A stretch of 64,000 nucleotides of DNA from Pseudomonadota bacterium (GTDB lineage Bacteria > Pseudomonadota > Alphaproteobacteria > Geminicoccales > Geminicoccaceae): NCBI GenBank assembly GCA_039197065.1, contig JBCCUL010000014.1, positions 36,119 to 100,118 of the forward strand, written 5' to 3'. Both the position numbers and the translations under genes were made by a program. The notes under the pieces are model-generated. The model was not told where the DNA came from, did no database searches, and saw only the letters and a program-made list of their open reading frames with translations. Positions 61,980 to 64,000 of the stretch are shown one piece after another. How positions within the stretch are numbered: position 1 is the first letter of the stretch; every line of letters starts with the position of its first letter.

Positions 61980-62825
61980 ATGGACATGGATTTCCTTCTC
62001 TCGATCAAGCTTGTGATCGTCGTCGGCGTGCTAGCGGTTTTCGTCCTTTATGAGCGGATCTATCCGGCCGAGGGCGGTCCGCTCTTGCTGCGTCTGGGCC
62101 GGGCGACCAAGGCCGCCTGGATCCGGTTGTTCAGAAATTTGAGCCTGTTTGGCATCAACGCGCTGCTCTCGCCGCTGATCGTCCTGCCGATCACCGTGTT
62201 CGCCGCGGATCACAGTTTCGGGCTTAGGCCGGACTGGTGGAGCGGCTGGCTTGGCCTCGGCCTCGATATTCTGCTGCTCGATCTCTGGATCTACTGGTGG
62301 CACCGCGCCAATCACGAGCTGCAGTTCCTCTGGAGGTTCCACAGCGTTCATCATCTGGACGAGACCCTGGACACTAGCTCGGCGCTTCGCTTCCACTTTG
62401 GCGAGGTGGTGCTGTCCGCCTGCGTGCGCGGCGTCGTGATCGTGGTCTTCGACCTGCCGCTCGCTTCCGTCCTGCTGTTCGAGGCGATCGTGCTGGCCTC
62501 GGCGATTTTCCACCACAGCGACGCCAAGCTGCCGCCGCGGCTGGAGGCGGCACTCGCGCATGTCATCATCACGCCGTCGATCCATTGGATCCATCACCAC
62601 GCGATCCGCGCCGATACCGACAGCAATTACGGCACGCTGTTCAGTTTCTGGGACCGCCTGTTCCGTTCGGCCAGCCTCACCAAACGCTTCAAAGGCATGC
62701 CGATCGGCGTCGAAGGCATGCGCGATCGTTCGCTCCCTCGCCTGATCACCACCCCGCTCAACTCGCCCGGGTCGACCGGGTCGCCGGCGGCGACAGGCTT
62801 GACGAAGACGCCGCCGAAATCATGA
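61980..62825 (+). CDS. Sterol desaturase / fatty-acid hydroxylase-family membrane protein
   Basis: His clusters WWHRANHE, HSVHH and HWIHHH, plus four N-terminal TM helices. The last 68 nt overlap the convergent MATE gene. Confidence 0.8.
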   Translation: MDMDFLLSIKLVIVVGVLAVFVLYERIYPAEGGPLLLRLGRATKAAWIRLFRNLSLFGINALLSPLIVLPITVFAADHSFGLRPDWWSGWLGLGLDILLLDLWIYWWHRANHELQFLWRFHSVHHLDETLDTSSALRFHFGEVVLSACVRGVVIVVFDLPLASVLLFEAIVLASAIFHHSDAKLPPRLEAALAHVIITPSIHWIHHHAIRADTDSNYGTLFSFWDRLFRSASLTKRFKGMPIGVEGMRDRSLPRLITTPLNSPGSTGSPAATGLTKTPPKS

Positions 62826-64000
62826 AGCCGGTGCCGCGCTCGAGCTTCATGTAGACGACGCCGAGCCACACGCCGCGGGCGATCATGAAGGCGTGATAGG
62901 TCAGCCAGAGACCGTGATTGCCGAGAGGCGGGATCAGGAGCCAGGCGCAAAGACCGAAGATCAGAACGGAAGCGATCATGCCGTTTCTCATCTCGCGCGT
63001 TCTCGTGGCGCCCACATAGATCCCGTCGAATGCGAAGGCGAATGCTGCCGTCAACGGTGCTGCCACGGCATAGGGAAGAAAAGCCGCAGCGACTTCACGC
63101 ACTGCTTCTATGTCGGTGATCAGCCGGACGAGCGCGCCGCCGCCGAAGGCGAAAACCAGGGTGATAAGGGCGGCGAAGATGAAGCTCCAGACGAGCGCCG
63201 CGCTTACCGCTTCCCGCATGGCACGCCGATCGCAGGACCCCGTATGTCGGCCAACCAGCGTGCTCGCCGCGAAGGCGAAGCCATCCAGCGCGAAGGCTGA
63301 GAGATGCAGCATGTTGGTCAGCACCGTGTTGACGGCAAGGATGACCTCACCCTGCCTCGATCCCAGGGCGACCAGCGAGACGAAGGCGATCTGCAGGACG
63401 AAGCTGCGCAGCACGATGTCGCCATTGACGGCGGCCAAGCGCCGGATCGAAGCGCGGTCCAGTAGGTGCTTCAACGAAAGCGCCGGCTCCAGCCGGCCGA
63501 GACGCCGTGCGACGAAAACTGCGCCCAGCGCCAGGGTGGTGTATTCGGCGATCACCGTCGCCCAGGCGACACCCGCGACCTCGAAGCCGAGCCCGAAGAC
63601 GAACAGCAGGTCGAGCACCATGTTCAGCCCGTTGCCGACGACCAGCAGATAAAGTGGGCTCTTGGCGTCCTGAACGCCAAGCAGCCAACCGAGGATCACC
63701 ATGTTGCCAAGTGCTGCGGGCGCGGCCAGCATCCTGATTTGCAGATAGGTGGAGAACCCCTCGTCGACCCGCGCGGTTGGCGCATAGATCCAGCGTGCGG
63801 CCGACGTGATCGGTCCGATCAGAACGATCAGCAGGGCCGCGATGATCAGCGCGAGGCCAAGGGCGCGAAACAGACCAGCCTGCAGGGCAACACGGTCGCC
63901 GGCGCCGTAGGCCTGGGCGGTCAGTCCGGTGGTGCCCATGCGCAATGTAACGACGGTGAAGAAAAGGGCGCTGAATGCACTGGCGCCAAGCGCCACCGCG
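62758..64000 (-). CDS. MATE-family efflux transporter (DinF/NorM-like), 5' end beyond the window
   Basis: Polytopic protein with ...TGLTAQAYGAGD... and repeated MATE-type helices. The reading frame is still open at position 64000. Confidence 0.85.
   Translation of the reverse strand, partial: AVALGASAFSALFFTVVTLRMGTTGLTAQAYGAGDRVALQAGLFRALGLALIIAALLIVLIGPITSAARWIYAPTARVDEGFSTYLQIRMLAAPAALGNMVILGWLLGVQDAKSPLYLLVVGNGLNMVLDLLFVFGLGFEVAGVAWATVIAEYTTLALGAVFVARRLGRLEPALSLKHLLDRASIRRLAAVNGDIVLRSFVLQIAFVSLVALGSRQGEVILAVNTVLTNMLHLSAFALDGFAFAASTLVGRHTGSCDRRAMREAVSAALVWSFIFAALITLVFAFGGGALVRLITDIEAVREVAAAFLPYAVAAPLTAAFAFAFDGIYVGATRTREMRNGMIASVLIFGLCAWLLIPPLGNHGLWLTYHAFMIARGVWLGVVYMKLERGTGFMISAASSSSLSPPATRSTRAS

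Noticed and set aside
1-64000. CRISPR arrays, tRNA/rRNA genes, IS elements, integrases, prophage structural genes and canonical defence or toxin-antitoxin modules
   Set aside because: Scanning by eye found no short regularly spaced repeats, no cloverleaf-like conserved tRNA segments, no transposase/integrase motifs (DDE, R-H-R-Y) and no nuclease/ATPase defence signatures. The only phage-like genes are the isolated endolysin/holin pair. This is a manual scan, so tRNAscan-SE, cmscan, ISfinder and DefenseFinder should confirm it.

Overview
GC-rich (about 60% by eye) chromosomal segment that looks like an alphaproteobacterium of the Rhizobiales/Hyphomicrobiales type. That placement is an inference from the ActS/ActR pair, DUF1127 and DUF1192 small proteins, the CpaC/CpaD pair, a GTA-type lysis pair and a Cys-poor DksA. 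I found no rRNA, tRNA, CRISPR array, transposase or integrase.

Genes in order:
- MocR-like regulator (partial), DUF1127 protein, PhzF-like isomerase, orphan lipoprotein.
- cysD-cysNC (or nodPQ-like), gpt, DUF1192 protein, NUDIX hydrolase.
- About 9 kb surface-glycan locus: neuC/neuB/neuA-like genes, a putative transferase, two methyltransferases, a multi-pass membrane protein and a TagF-like glycerophosphotransferase.
- actR-actS, then a two-subunit GMC dehydrogenase, an orphan receiver protein, and a nested 146-bp tandem repeat.
- Glutamine-synthetase-like ligase, TRAP transporter and FGase-family hydrolase.
- Orphan cpaC-cpaD secretin pair whose secretin has a long low-complexity N-terminus.
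- metY operon, enoyl-CoA hydratase, an isolated GH108 endolysin plus GTA-type holin pair, thioesterase.
- rplM-rpsI, zf-CHCC protein, ribokinase, dksA, moeB.
- FlhB-C-terminal-like protein, an unknown protein, fliO-fliP.
- Desaturase, a Dpp-like ABC system, an alpha/beta hydrolase.
- spu/puu-like polyamine uptake and catabolism supercluster carrying an inserted VanZ-fusion membrane protein.
- Lipoprotein plus secreted HExxH protein, Hsp20, sterol-desaturase-family protein, and a MATE transporter (partial).

Nothing here matches a canonical defence, toxin or mobile system. The best candidates for undescribed biology are:
1. The nonulosonic-acid/TagF-like glycan locus (7051-16071).
2. The orphan, N-terminally extended secretin pair (27797-31102).
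3. The VanZ-fusion gene inside the polyamine operon (56048-57451).
4. The nested tandem repeat (21997-22370).
5. The lipoprotein/HExxH pair (59768-61209).

All functional calls come from reading motifs in the translations. No database search was run. Note that the ORF track reports GTG and TTG starts as M, so several starts were re-assigned by checking the start codon and the Shine-Dalgarno (SD) sequence.
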